Assembly (NCBI GenBank): GCA_965222235.1
Contig: OZ244939.1
Location: forward strand, 7,924-71,923
Reading direction: 5' to 3'
DNA: 64,000 nucleotides
Source: Minisyncoccota bacterium
Lineage (GTDB): Bacteria > Patescibacteriota > Minisyncoccia > Phycocordibacterales > JABAAK01
Positions 8,359-18,581 of the stretch are shown piece by piece. Numbering within the stretch: position 1 is the first letter of the stretch; each line of letters begins with the position of its first letter. The notes beneath the pieces are model-generated. The model was not told the origin of the DNA. It saw only the letters and a list, made by a program, of their open reading frames with translations, and searched no databases. A program made the position numbers and the translations under genes.

Positions 8359-11300
8359 ATGATATATTATAGTATGAATATGTTTATGGGCTTTGTTGCT
8401 GGTGGTGTTCTCGGGTGGCGGCGTATCGCGGTTCTTGCTGCGTGTGTGCTGCTGTTCGGCTCGGCGACGATGCCCCAGCAGGCGCATGCGACGTTTTCCG
8501 TTTCAACGACGGACAACTCGTTTACACTTACTATAGACGGAACGGTGACCACCTGTACAAACAGCAGAGATTTTTTGGTCCATACATCCCTCAACCTTAA
8601 AGATTTGATGGTGGTGGAGGGTGATGAACTTACCTGTACCTACACCCATATTGACGATGATGCCGCTACTGCCGATGTTGATGAGAGTGCCGATGCCACG
8701 ACGATCTTTCTGGTTGGTGACGAATTTAACGATGTTGTTGTTGCACTTAGAACCAGTGCTTTTTCAGACGGGTCAGTCATTGCCAATGATGCAGATGCGA
8801 CCGCCCCCACCAATTCCCAGCATGACCTGGATATGTATGTTGTTAGTCGGGCACTTTCAAACACTATCGGTTTCGGTATGTCAGGCAGTGGCTATCTGGT
8901 GTTCGCTGAAAACATAAAAGGCACCACCACTCTCTATAATAATGATGGTATACCGACATCCGGGACAACAAATGTTGGCGGTGTAGGTACTGATACCGCT
9001 TTTCCAGCCCAGCATATTAAGGAAGATATTACCGCTGATACAACGTTTACTATAAAGGTTACTAAAGATACCGAAACAAATGAGCACGCAGACGAGCATT
9101 CTGTTAAGTTTGGTGTATATAATGCGTCTAACACGAGTGTGACTAATAATGATGGCAACGCCAGGGCAATACAACTCTATGTTAAGGAGGCGAGCGGCGT
9201 GCCGTCGCTCAGTGCGGTGGAGGATCAAATCCTTCAACCGAATGCATATCAGACTCTCCTCCCGCTTCCGGCGGCTTCCGGCGGTGAGGGCACGATTACG
9301 TACGCGGTCACCGGTCTGCCGACGGCTTTGTCGTTTAGCCCGACAACCAGAGAGATTAAAGGTACGCCGGCAGCGGAGGGAACTTCCACGGTGACCTACA
9401 CCGCAACAGACGAGTATGGTGCCGATACGGCTACAGAGAAGTTTGATATCATCGTCAGGGCCTTTACCCTGACAGTGGCCGATGCCGGCTATGCCACTGC
9501 CAGTCGGGATAAAACACTGACGGTGTCGGCATCCCACGGAACCCCACTCACCAATACGGTGTGGGGCCTCGTGAGCGCAGCCACCGACTGTGCCGCGGCG
9601 AATAACCCGACGCTCAGCAGCAGCTGGACATACACCGCCGCGCTGGGCGTCAGCACCGCGGTGGTAGTTGACACCGAAGACGCCAACACCAAGTACGCCT
9701 GTTTCAAAGCAACCTACTCAAGTGCGGACTACTATGCAGTGTCCGGTCAGATCGGAGGCATAGATCGCACGGATCCCGTCATCGGCACCATATCGCTGGT
9801 GGATACTGACGGGGGTGTAAACATTGATGATGTTGCTGCCGATACCGCGCTCATCACCGCACCCACCATTACCGAAACGAACCCTGACACCACGCTGTAT
9901 AAGGTGATCAGTGACTCTACCGATTGTTCAACCCTCGCCGCCGCATCATTTGTCGGAGGCGGGACCGTACCGACTACGGGTGATCTCTCCGGTGAAAATG
10001 ACGGTACGTATAAGATATGTGTACAGGCAACTGATGAGGCCGGCAACACCGCTGTTGCCGCGTCACCCTCATTCATCAAAGACACCACTCTGCCGACATT
10101 TGATACACAACCTGCGCTGACATCCGTGGTAAGCGACGGGTACCTGAACATAACGGAAGCACAAACATCCGCTGACCTCATCACCGCGCCGACCGCCAGT
10201 GATGCAGGAGGCACCGTCACACTCGCCTATGTGGCTTTGAGCGAAGGGGAGAGCTGTCCGTCAGATGCACAGACCGCATTTGCCGCCAATCCCACCGCCA
10301 TTCCGCAGGCAGATGACCTCACCGGTTTCACTGACGGCGGCTTTTATGTCTGCGTACGGGCGACGGACGGAGTGAACAACCATGCCTACACCCAATCACC
10401 AACGTTCATCAAAGACACCACGGCACCGACTTTGCCGGACGACGGCAGGCATTTCACCTTCTCCGACGCAGCAACGCCGAACTGGGTGACCGACACCATA
10501 GACAACGCCGAATGGTTGGGAGCGGGGGACACCGTGACCGCTTCCTTTACCTTCAGCGAGGCCATCAAGGATGATTCGTTCACCGCGTCGATAACGGTGC
10601 CGGGCACGAACACCGCTTCCCGCACCCTGTCATTCAGTAGGGTGAGCGGCTCTAATGCCGAGTTCACCGCCACCCATACCATCCTTGCCGGAGATACCGT
10701 TAACAGTGGCGACAGTATTGAATTTGCTGTTCCCAGCACGATCACGGATAGCGCGGGCAACCCAATTGTCGGAACGGAGGAGCGTACGGTATATACCGGA
10801 ACGGTGACGAGTGCGGCACTCATCGCGGGTGAAACAGCCTGGGGAGTTGTTTTAACAGTAACCCCCGGCTATTATCCGGTAGGGGGGTCCGTCACCCCCG
10901 CCACCTTCACGGTAGACGGCACAACATATACCCTGAGCGAACTGCACTATCAGAGTACTAATAACTCCCTTTCCCTTCGTATCACGGATGAAAACGGCAA
11001 TGTGGATGAGAAGACAGTCTTTGCTGGGTATGACGTTACCCTGCGCAAGGGGGCGGATACCTTCACCGCCGCTGTTAATGACGCGACCAGACCCGGTGAG
11101 TACCTGGGTCTTTCTGTAGACTATCAGGATGCTGCTGAAACGGCACTGTTGACGCGCATCTTCACCGTCGGCGAAGAGTTCACCGTCTCTCTCATCGGCA
11201 ATCTACCGGGAGATGCGCTTATTATCTCAGCAGACGCGGATACCGAACGGTACCGCGTGGACACGACGACGCCCGATGCACCGGGTCTGCCGGATCTGGA

Positions 11301-14300
11301 CGAGAACGATGACTCCTGCTACACCCGCGGAGGCAGCTTCTGCATCCACGGCACCAGGGATGATAACATCACCAACACCACCCCTGCCTCCATTACCGCC
11401 GGCAAAGAGAACTATGCCCGGGTATATTTCAAAAAAGACGGCACAAACATCAGTAGATCGGGAGAAGGTGTCTATGAAACACTCAACGATGATGCGACCG
11501 CCGGAGGAAGAGTAACATTCTCCCAGGGAGGCACCTTTGCTGTTACCGCCTACCAGCTGGACCGGGCGGGGAACCGGTCAGTTGATTCAGAGGCCCTGTC
11601 CCTAACGATTGACAACACCTCTCCGGCGAAGCCCTCCGCGCCCGATCTCGTCGGTGCAACCGACAGTGGGGTCAGTCCCAATGATGATTTAACGAACCAT
11701 ACAGCACCCAGGTTCACCGTCACGCACGGCGGTGCTGCCGGTGGCGACCTGTACGGGGATATATTCATCTCCGGGTCATCAGGCAGCTGCAGCAATGACC
11801 ATGCCGACGGCAGCACGCTCTCCGGCGATGAGCACACCTACACGTGGACCCGCAGCGAAACGGCCGACTGCTCCGGAGACGGACAGAAACAGATCAAGGC
11901 GCGCAGTGCCGATAAGGCGGGCAACACCGAAGACTCAGACAGTCACACTATACACATAGACACCACCACGCCCGAGACCACCTTCACTCTGAGGAGCGAT
12001 GACGACTCGGGATACAAAAACGACGACCGCATCACCAATGTTAATGAGCCCCGCCTCAACCTTGCGGGACTGGAGCACTCAGCAGACCCCGTCGCCGGCA
12101 CCGGCAGGGCAAAAGTTATCATCTACAACTGGAATGATCTCAATGCTGACGGCATCTTTTTACTCGCCGACGGTACACCCGATATCGGTGAGATTACCGA
12201 GGTGTACACTGTTTCGGATGTCACCGGCAGCACCATGGCGGACCAGCGGCTCAGCACCCTCACCGACGGTATTCGCGCACTCGTCACCAAACAGGAGGAC
12301 GACGCAGGGAATGTGACCTGGACGACACATTCACGCCTTGCGTACGACGATCAGACAGGTGTCAAGGGAGAGAATGTCATCATCATTGACACGAAAAACC
12401 CGAGAATACCGCACATACCGGATCTGAGCCCCAGGACCGACACCTACGGTGTCCACGCCAACTACGCCAGAACCGGTACCGACGACGATGACCTCACCAA
12501 AGTGCAGGACCTGCTGTTCTTTGCCAAGGCATCGCGGAGACATGTGGCAGAAAGTCTTGCCTCAGGAGGCACGGCGCCCTACCTGACAGGCGCGGCGCTC
12601 ATCAGGGAGCAACACTACGTTTATTTCGTTGAACGGTACGAGACAACCAGCGGCACCATAAATACTGAAACGAACGGGCGGCATATTATAATCAACGGCA
12701 GGGATGTCTCATATGCCAATCCGATGAGGCACGCCAACAGTCGGGTGGGCAGCAATGTCGTGCGCGGCGATGCCGTCACAAAATACGGCTTCGCCGATGC
12801 CGTCGGTGCGCTCGGCACGCACCGCTTCTCCGTGGCGGAGGGAGAGAAGCGGGAAGTCGGCATGGCGGCGCAGCAGGTTGATGCGGCGGGTAATATCTCC
12901 ACACCTACTTTCTCAAAGAGGGTCACCATTGACCGCCAACCGCCCGACAGAAACTCATTCGCGACCGACCTCATCCTCCACACCGCCTCAGACACCGGGG
13001 TCATAAAAGACCGCAGAACCGCCAATGTTACCCCCGTCTTCACCATGAAGTGGCCAACCGGCATCACACCTCCCGACGACATTGACTATTACGAAATCTC
13101 AAGAGCGCTGCTGGACGACACCTTTGAGACCAGCGAACCCTTCTCCTACCCCTCCTCAGCAACCACCTCCGATCAGGCATCCTTTAACTGGGTAGACCCG
13201 GAAGTGAGAGATTCCATCACCCCACTCAACATTGAAGCTCCCCTCCACACCTCCCTTGACACCTACACCGACGGCGTCGCCGTCAAGATTTTCAGACAAT
13301 TACAACCGCAGGTCAACAGACGCTATGCCTTCCGGCTCACCGCCGTTGACCTGGCAGGTAATGCGGTAACGGGTGTAGACCAGTCAAACCCGTACTTCAC
13401 CGTACCGCCTCCGACACCAACCGCCCCCGATCTCTCCGTTGCCGCTGACGCAGGCTCATCATCCTCAGACAACCTCACCAAGGCGACCTCCTGGGAGTTC
13501 TCCACCACCTACAAAAACATCTCCACAGAAGAACAGGAAGGACAGGCGGCACAGAACCTCAGAACCCTCAGGTTCAGAGTCACACCTCCGACCGACAGCT
13601 CTCTTACCCCCCGCGTCGCCTCCTTCACCCGACCGGAGGACAACACCGACGGCAACGGTTTCACCATCCCCGCAGACGAGGCGGACAACCGTGACGAAGA
13701 CGACATCACCTACACCGCCGCCTACTCTTTTAAAAACACTATCAACCTCATTGAACTCTTCGGCACCGAAGATCTCCCGCAGGGTGTCTACACCATCACC
13801 ATCAAGGGAGTCAACGCGTTCAACGAGGAGGGCAATGCCTCCCGGGAACTGCAGGTGACCCTGGACACGCTGCCGCCCCTCTTCACGGAGGACTTCACCC
13901 TCACCGCCGACCGATACTATACCGACACGACGGTCACGCACCGCTTCACACTCACGGGTGCCGGTGAGAACGGCACGGTCGTCACAGTACATCATGCAGG
14001 TGGTGACAAGACACTGACGGTCGCCGCCGGCACCGCTTCAGCCACCAGAGTCATTGTTGATGACGACGAGGACTTCAGCACCTACGAGGTGTCGTCGGTT
14101 GATCTGGCGGGCAACACGGTGGAGCGCACCGCCTACCCCGATGCGTCCAAGCCGCCGCGCGTCCTTCCGTACCGGGTTGAGGGACATAGGGGGGAGGCAG
14201 TATATACCGGAGTGGTGACGAGTGGACCTGGGGATGACGGAGACAGCGACAGATACCATGGTGTGATAACTGATCCGTCTTTCGTTTCTTTTGCAGGCGG

Positions 14301-17300
14301 AAGCGGTGCTGTCGGATCCGTTACACCTCAGACCTTTACGGTGGGCGGCACCGAGTATACACTTGATACGCTGGTATTGACACAATTTGACAAATTTATC
14401 ATGATCAGGATTAAGAGCAGCGGTACTGACATAGACGAGAAAACGGTCTTTGCCGGACACACGCTCGTGTTGACCAAGGGGGACGACACCGTCACACTGA
14501 ATGTTGATAATGGTTCTGTCCTGGGATCCTCTTTGAGCCCATTGCTACGACTTACCGCCACCGCTGCCGAAAAGACACGGCTACAGCGCATCACCGCCGC
14601 CGGCGGACAGTTCACCGCCTCTCTCATACCCTCCTCCCTATCAGATGCTCACCTCGTCACCGCCGTTTCACGCAACGACACCCCTGTTACCGAACCGTAT
14701 GCGGAATATGATGCCACCGGCAGCCTCTGTGAACCGGAGACAGGCACTGCCTACGTGCCCCGCAAGGTCATCTCGCACACCGGCAATCCGGATGCCTGTG
14801 TCATGGCGACTGACGGCTACGGCAACCGCTCCGCCGTGCATGTGAAGAATGAGGCAACCGATCTCATCACCGACAGCGGTGTGCTCACCGAAGACGATGC
14901 CGGCAGAAGCGAAACAGACAGTATCACCAACAATCCAAACCCCCGTTATGCGGGTATGACGCTGCCGGACTCAACCGTGCGGGTGCAGGGTAAACAGGCC
15001 GGTGAATCGTGGGATAACGCATATGAAGAGACCGTCACCACCGACGGGAACGGACAGTTCACCACTTCAAAAATATTGAGTTCACCGGTGGCTGCTTCTG
15101 AGACGTCAACGATATATACCGGGACGGTGACGAGTGAGCGGATGAGCGACGGCAACGACGCTTTTTTAGGCGTGGTAATAACCCCGTTTCCTGACGGAAA
15201 CAACCCATCCGGCGGATCCATTACCCCGTCAACCTTCACGGTGGACGGTACCACCTATGAAATTGACCGGTTGAGGACACGAAATACTCCCGGTGAAAAA
15301 GGAACAAGAATATACTTGCGCATAACAAGCGGCGGCACTCATGTTAATAACCCGGGAGTACTCTTTTCCGGATACGAAGTGCGGGTGAGTAAGGGGGCGG
15401 ACACCGTTACCTTGGCTGTTGATGACAGATTAAGTCTCACCACATCAGTGATAATATGGGACCTCAGTGGTACCGTCCCTGAACAGATTCAGCGCATTTT
15501 TGCTGAAGGGGGGACATTCACCGCCTCCATCATAGCCCCGCCGCAGGAACCAACCGCTGTTGATCTCCGCGGATACATCACCAACACTGCACTGGGCGAC
15601 AGTGAATTGAGTACACCGGTCAGCATGACACAGGTGACGGTTGATGTGAGCAATCCGACGACAGCATTTGTGCTGAAGACACCGACCGGCACCCCCGGCA
15701 ATGTTGAAGAGCCAGTCTTCACGATGAGTACGGAAACAAACGCTCTCATCGGTCTTTACACCGACAATACCTGCTCCGTTGAGGCAGGCACCGAGGTGAC
15801 ACTGGGGTCATCTGACACAGCAACGGACATCACCGCACACACCCTTGACACCGACGGGGCATATACATTCTACGGCAGTGCGGAAGACACCGCAGGCAAC
15901 AGAGTCTGCTCCGAGGCGGTACCCTACACGCTGGACACCGAAGCACCGACCATCATCATCATTAAGTCAGGATCTGACTACCGTGCAGTCGCTGATGAGG
16001 CCGCCACCGCTCTGTGGGCGGACAACACCGCACAGGCATCCTGCTCAACCGGCACAACCGGCACCGCCTACACCCCGGGCACGGGTGCTACACCAGCCGA
16101 TACCGCAATCGGCATCTGTTTCATCTTCACTGACGAGGCGGGGAACAGGGCGGCGAAACACACCGAAGACGCCATTGAAACGGCGGGAGGCCTCCGATTC
16201 ACCGACGGCACCTCAGACGGTATGAACCACATTGTCCGTTCAGGCTCCCGCGCACTCACCGCTCAGTCAGCACCGGAAGCCGAGATCGCCTTCTACCTCG
16301 TTGAAAGCACGGTTGACGCAGACAGCGACGGTCAGTTAAGTGACACGGAACGTGAAGGAATCACCCCCCTGACAACAATAGCCGACGGGACCGGTACACT
16401 CAGCACCACACTCTCCGTCCCCGAAACAACCGACGATCTCCACCTCTACGCATCCATAGACATTGACCGCTCCGGCACACACGGCTCAGTAGTCAAGATC
16501 GGCACGGTGACGGTTGACGACACCGCCCCGGCACTCATCGGCACCCTCATGCTCACCTCAGGCAACACCAACCCGGCATATGCCACAGAAGGAGACACAC
16601 TCACCCTCGGTGCTCTCACCGCAAGCGAAACACTCACAGACATCACCCTCACCTTCGCCGGTGAATCATTTACAAACTGCATGACCGATACAGACAACGC
16701 ACTGAGCTGTGATATTCTGACCCTGACTGACACCGCTGAGGAGGGAACCGGCACCCTGTCCTTTTCCGCGACCGACAGAGCAGGCAACCCCATCACCATT
16801 GAGACCACCCTGGTAGTGCAGGGAAGGGAGACAATATATACCGGGACGGTGACGAGTGCGGCACTCATCGCGGGTGAAGTAGCCTGGGGAGTTGTTTTAA
16901 CAGCAAACCCCGTCGTCGGTTATCCGGTAGGGGGGTCCGTCATCCCCACCACCTTCACGGTAAAAGACACAACGTATACCCTGAACAAACTGCACTATCA
17001 AGGTACTAATGACTCCCTGGACTTTGCGATCACGGATGAAAACGGCAACAACGTGGAGGAGACGGCAGTCCTTGCGGGGTATGACGTTACCCTGCGCAAG
17101 GGGGCGGATACCTTCACCACCGCTATTGATGACGGGTATCAATATTCTTCCCCTCATGAGACTGCGAGTCTTTCTGTAGACTATCTGGATGCTGTTGAAA
17201 AGGCACTGTTGTTGCGCATCTTCACCGTCGGCGAAGAGTTCACCGTCTCTCTCAGCGGTCCTGTGACGAACACACCCATCACCGTAGACCGTACAGCTCC

Positions 17301-18447
17301 GATATATACCGTCACACCGAAACAGAATGCGGCGAGACCCGGCGGCACGGTACAGGTCAATCTTGCCCTGACAGACGCTAACCCGGTATGGGTGAACGGG
17401 AAAGCGGTGAGTGAGGCAAACCCGCTGCGAGCAACCATCGGCACCACCAATCATGATCTCAGCACCTTCCCCGCAACTATCAATCATGCGGTACCTGACG
17501 GTGCTTCCTCCGGTATCCGCAACATCACCCTGCCGACGGTTGCAGATCCCGCAGGCAACAGCACCGCAGGCAGCACCTCCTACCTCTTCTTTGTGGACAG
17601 TGCGGCGCCGGCGGTCAGGAGCTTTATCTTTTCAACCACCGGCACGACGATGAAGATCTCCGCGCTTGTCGACCGCAACAACCACCCGACCATGAAGGGC
17701 AATGAGGCGATATACCTGTCCTTCACAGGAGCCTGTGCCGCATTCCCCCGTTCGCCGGCATTCACAGACAGTGCACAGAAGGACGATGTACGGTATACAT
17801 ATGACATCACCATTCCTCAGGAAACCTACGACGCATCAACATGTGATCTCATCGCCGTTGATGCCGTGGGCAACGCTCAGAAGGAGGATGAGAACACCTC
17901 CGTCCACGTACCCATCACCGGTGTCAGAAGCGGCGGCGGAGGAGGCGGAGGTGGCGGCGGAGGAGGAGGCGGAGGTATCGGACTCTTCAGATTCAACACT
18001 GACACCGCCGACCCTCAGAGCGAAACCGGCATCCTCGTCCCCGTCATTGAACCAGTGGGAGAATCCGTGGACATCGTTGCCGACACCGTGCGCCGAAAAC
18101 TCATCGCCGCCATCAAACAGCAGATAGCAGTCATCAGTGCCCGTATTCAGGAACTCCTCGCCAAACGGCAGGCACCCCCGGAGGAAGAAACACCGCCGAC
18201 CGTTGTACAGCAGGAGATCCGTTTCCCCGTCCCCGCCGTAACCAGACGCACCGCCCCGGTCTTCATCCTCACCCCTCCTGAAACACCGAGGGTCATCATC
18301 CCGACCGTAGAGGTCATAGAAGAGTACACACCGCCTGCTGAACCCCGCGGCTACACCTTCCCCACTTCAGACACCGGCTCCGTCCTGCTCACCCCTCCGG
18401 CAGTCCTTCCGTCCGTCCGTCCCAGCTTCATACAGGATGCGTTTTGA
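8359..18447 (+). CDS. Giant Ig-like repeat surface protein/adhesin (3362 aa)
   Basis: Signal peptide, a He_PIG-type domain (LPAASGG..TYAVTGLP..LSF....EIKGTP), many D.AGN / IDTT.P / PDL...DSG..DD.TN Big-type repeats, a poly-Gly tract and a Pro-rich tail. The real start may be 8374. Confidence 0.88.
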   Translation: MIYYSMNMFMGFVAGGVLGWRRIAVLAACVLLFGSATMPQQAHATFSVSTTDNSFTLTIDGTVTTCTNSRDFLVHTSLNLKDLMVVEGDELTCTYTHIDDDAATADVDESADATTIFLVGDEFNDVVVALRTSAFSDGSVIANDADATAPTNSQHDLDMYVVSRALSNTIGFGMSGSGYLVFAENIKGTTTLYNNDGIPTSGTTNVGGVGTDTAFPAQHIKEDITADTTFTIKVTKDTETNEHADEHSVKFGVYNASNTSVTNNDGNARAIQLYVKEASGVPSLSAVEDQILQPNAYQTLLPLPAASGGEGTITYAVTGLPTALSFSPTTREIKGTPAAEGTSTVTYTATDEYGADTATEKFDIIVRAFTLTVADAGYATASRDKTLTVSASHGTPLTNTVWGLVSAATDCAAANNPTLSSSWTYTAALGVSTAVVVDTEDANTKYACFKATYSSADYYAVSGQIGGIDRTDPVIGTISLVDTDGGVNIDDVAADTALITAPTITETNPDTTLYKVISDSTDCSTLAAASFVGGGTVPTTGDLSGENDGTYKICVQATDEAGNTAVAASPSFIKDTTLPTFDTQPALTSVVSDGYLNITEAQTSADLITAPTASDAGGTVTLAYVALSEGESCPSDAQTAFAANPTAIPQADDLTGFTDGGFYVCVRATDGVNNHAYTQSPTFIKDTTAPTLPDDGRHFTFSDAATPNWVTDTIDNAEWLGAGDTVTASFTFSEAIKDDSFTASITVPGTNTASRTLSFSRVSGSNAEFTATHTILAGDTVNSGDSIEFAVPSTITDSAGNPIVGTEERTVYTGTVTSAALIAGETAWGVVLTVTPGYYPVGGSVTPATFTVDGTTYTLSELHYQSTNNSLSLRITDENGNVDEKTVFAGYDVTLRKGADTFTAAVNDATRPGEYLGLSVDYQDAAETALLTRIFTVGEEFTVSLIGNLPGDALIISADADTERYRVDTTTPDAPGLPDLDENDDSCYTRGGSFCIHGTRDDNITNTTPASITAGKENYARVYFKKDGTNISRSGEGVYETLNDDATAGGRVTFSQGGTFAVTAYQLDRAGNRSVDSEALSLTIDNTSPAKPSAPDLVGATDSGVSPNDDLTNHTAPRFTVTHGGAAGGDLYGDIFISGSSGSCSNDHADGSTLSGDEHTYTWTRSETADCSGDGQKQIKARSADKAGNTEDSDSHTIHIDTTTPETTFTLRSDDDSGYKNDDRITNVNEPRLNLAGLEHSADPVAGTGRAKVIIYNWNDLNADGIFLLADGTPDIGEITEVYTVSDVTGSTMADQRLSTLTDGIRALVTKQEDDAGNVTWTTHSRLAYDDQTGVKGENVIIIDTKNPRIPHIPDLSPRTDTYGVHANYARTGTDDDDLTKVQDLLFFAKASRRHVAESLASGGTAPYLTGAALIREQHYVYFVERYETTSGTINTETNGRHIIINGRDVSYANPMRHANSRVGSNVVRGDAVTKYGFADAVGALGTHRFSVAEGEKREVGMAAQQVDAAGNISTPTFSKRVTIDRQPPDRNSFATDLILHTASDTGVIKDRRTANVTPVFTMKWPTGITPPDDIDYYEISRALLDDTFETSEPFSYPSSATTSDQASFNWVDPEVRDSITPLNIEAPLHTSLDTYTDGVAVKIFRQLQPQVNRRYAFRLTAVDLAGNAVTGVDQSNPYFTVPPPTPTAPDLSVAADAGSSSSDNLTKATSWEFSTTYKNISTEEQEGQAAQNLRTLRFRVTPPTDSSLTPRVASFTRPEDNTDGNGFTIPADEADNRDEDDITYTAAYSFKNTINLIELFGTEDLPQGVYTITIKGVNAFNEEGNASRELQVTLDTLPPLFTEDFTLTADRYYTDTTVTHRFTLTGAGENGTVVTVHHAGGDKTLTVAAGTASATRVIVDDDEDFSTYEVSSVDLAGNTVERTAYPDASKPPRVLPYRVEGHRGEAVYTGVVTSGPGDDGDSDRYHGVITDPSFVSFAGGSGAVGSVTPQTFTVGGTEYTLDTLVLTQFDKFIMIRIKSSGTDIDEKTVFAGHTLVLTKGDDTVTLNVDNGSVLGSSLSPLLRLTATAAEKTRLQRITAAGGQFTASLIPSSLSDAHLVTAVSRNDTPVTEPYAEYDATGSLCEPETGTAYVPRKVISHTGNPDACVMATDGYGNRSAVHVKNEATDLITDSGVLTEDDAGRSETDSITNNPNPRYAGMTLPDSTVRVQGKQAGESWDNAYEETVTTDGNGQFTTSKILSSPVAASETSTIYTGTVTSERMSDGNDAFLGVVITPFPDGNNPSGGSITPSTFTVDGTTYEIDRLRTRNTPGEKGTRIYLRITSGGTHVNNPGVLFSGYEVRVSKGADTVTLAVDDRLSLTTSVIIWDLSGTVPEQIQRIFAEGGTFTASIIAPPQEPTAVDLRGYITNTALGDSELSTPVSMTQVTVDVSNPTTAFVLKTPTGTPGNVEEPVFTMSTETNALIGLYTDNTCSVEAGTEVTLGSSDTATDITAHTLDTDGAYTFYGSAEDTAGNRVCSEAVPYTLDTEAPTIIIIKSGSDYRAVADEAATALWADNTAQASCSTGTTGTAYTPGTGATPADTAIGICFIFTDEAGNRAAKHTEDAIETAGGLRFTDGTSDGMNHIVRSGSRALTAQSAPEAEIAFYLVESTVDADSDGQLSDTEREGITPLTTIADGTGTLSTTLSVPETTDDLHLYASIDIDRSGTHGSVVKIGTVTVDDTAPALIGTLMLTSGNTNPAYATEGDTLTLGALTASETLTDITLTFAGESFTNCMTDTDNALSCDILTLTDTAEEGTGTLSFSATDRAGNPITIETTLVVQGRETIYTGTVTSAALIAGEVAWGVVLTANPVVGYPVGGSVIPTTFTVKDTTYTLNKLHYQGTNDSLDFAITDENGNNVEETAVLAGYDVTLRKGADTFTTAIDDGYQYSSPHETASLSVDYLDAVEKALLLRIFTVGEEFTVSLSGPVTNTPITVDRTAPIYTVTPKQNAARPGGTVQVNLALTDANPVWVNGKAVSEANPLRATIGTTNHDLSTFPATINHAVPDGASSGIRNITLPTVADPAGNSTAGSTSYLFFVDSAAPAVRSFIFSTTGTTMKISALVDRNNHPTMKGNEAIYLSFTGACAAFPRSPAFTDSAQKDDVRYTYDITIPQETYDASTCDLIAVDAVGNAQKEDENTSVHVPITGVRSGGGGGGGGGGGGGGGIGLFRFNTDTADPQSETGILVPVIEPVGESVDIVADTVRRKLIAAIKQQIAVISARIQELLAKRQAPPEEETPPTVVQQEIRFPVPAVTRRTAPVFILTPPETPRVIIPTVEVIEEYTPPAEPRGYTFPTSDTGSVLLTPPAVLPSVRPSFIQDAF
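10791..11194 (+). repeat. Intragenic ~135-aa cassette, copy 1 (closest to the copy at 16836)
   Basis: Starts ATATACCGGAACGGTGACGAGTG (YTGTVTS) and ends TTCACCGTCTCTCTCA (FTVSL). Confidence 0.85.
14202..14626 (+). repeat. Intragenic cassette, copy 2 (diverged)
   Basis: YTGVVTS...GSVTPQTFTVGGTEYTL...DEKTVFAG...KGDDT...QRI...FTASL. Confidence 0.75.
15114..15532 (+). repeat. Intragenic cassette, copy 3 (diverged)
   Basis: YTGTVTS...GSITPSTFTVDGTTY...KGADT...QRIF...FTASI. Confidence 0.75.
16836..17254 (+). repeat. Intragenic cassette, copy 4
   Basis: Shares long identical nucleotide blocks with 10791-11194, e.g. GGGTATGACGTTACCCTGCGCAAGGGGGCGGATACCTTCACC. Confidence 0.85.
17932..17976 (+). repeat. 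Poly-glycine tract (15 GGN codons)
   Basis: Run of GGC/GGA/GGT codons near the C-terminus of the 3362-aa protein. Confidence 0.9.
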
Positions 18448-18581
18448 AAAAATAAAAGATCCGGAACCGGAAAATAGCCTTTTGCAGAAAAACCGGAGAG
18501 GGTGGAAAAACGGAACATCCACCCCCATTCCGCCTGTGTATATTGCCGAATATATGATATATACTGGATGTATACTATACA

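Noticed and set aside
10031-16010. Other CTGATGA matches (about 10031 and 15992) as hammerheads
   Set aside because: Both are inside the coding sequence and lack a stem II closed by GAAA and a stem III.
10791-17254. Diversity-generating retroelement TR/VR pair
   Set aside because: Differences between copies include indels and non-adenine changes, all copies are in-frame coding, and no reverse transcriptase is in the window.
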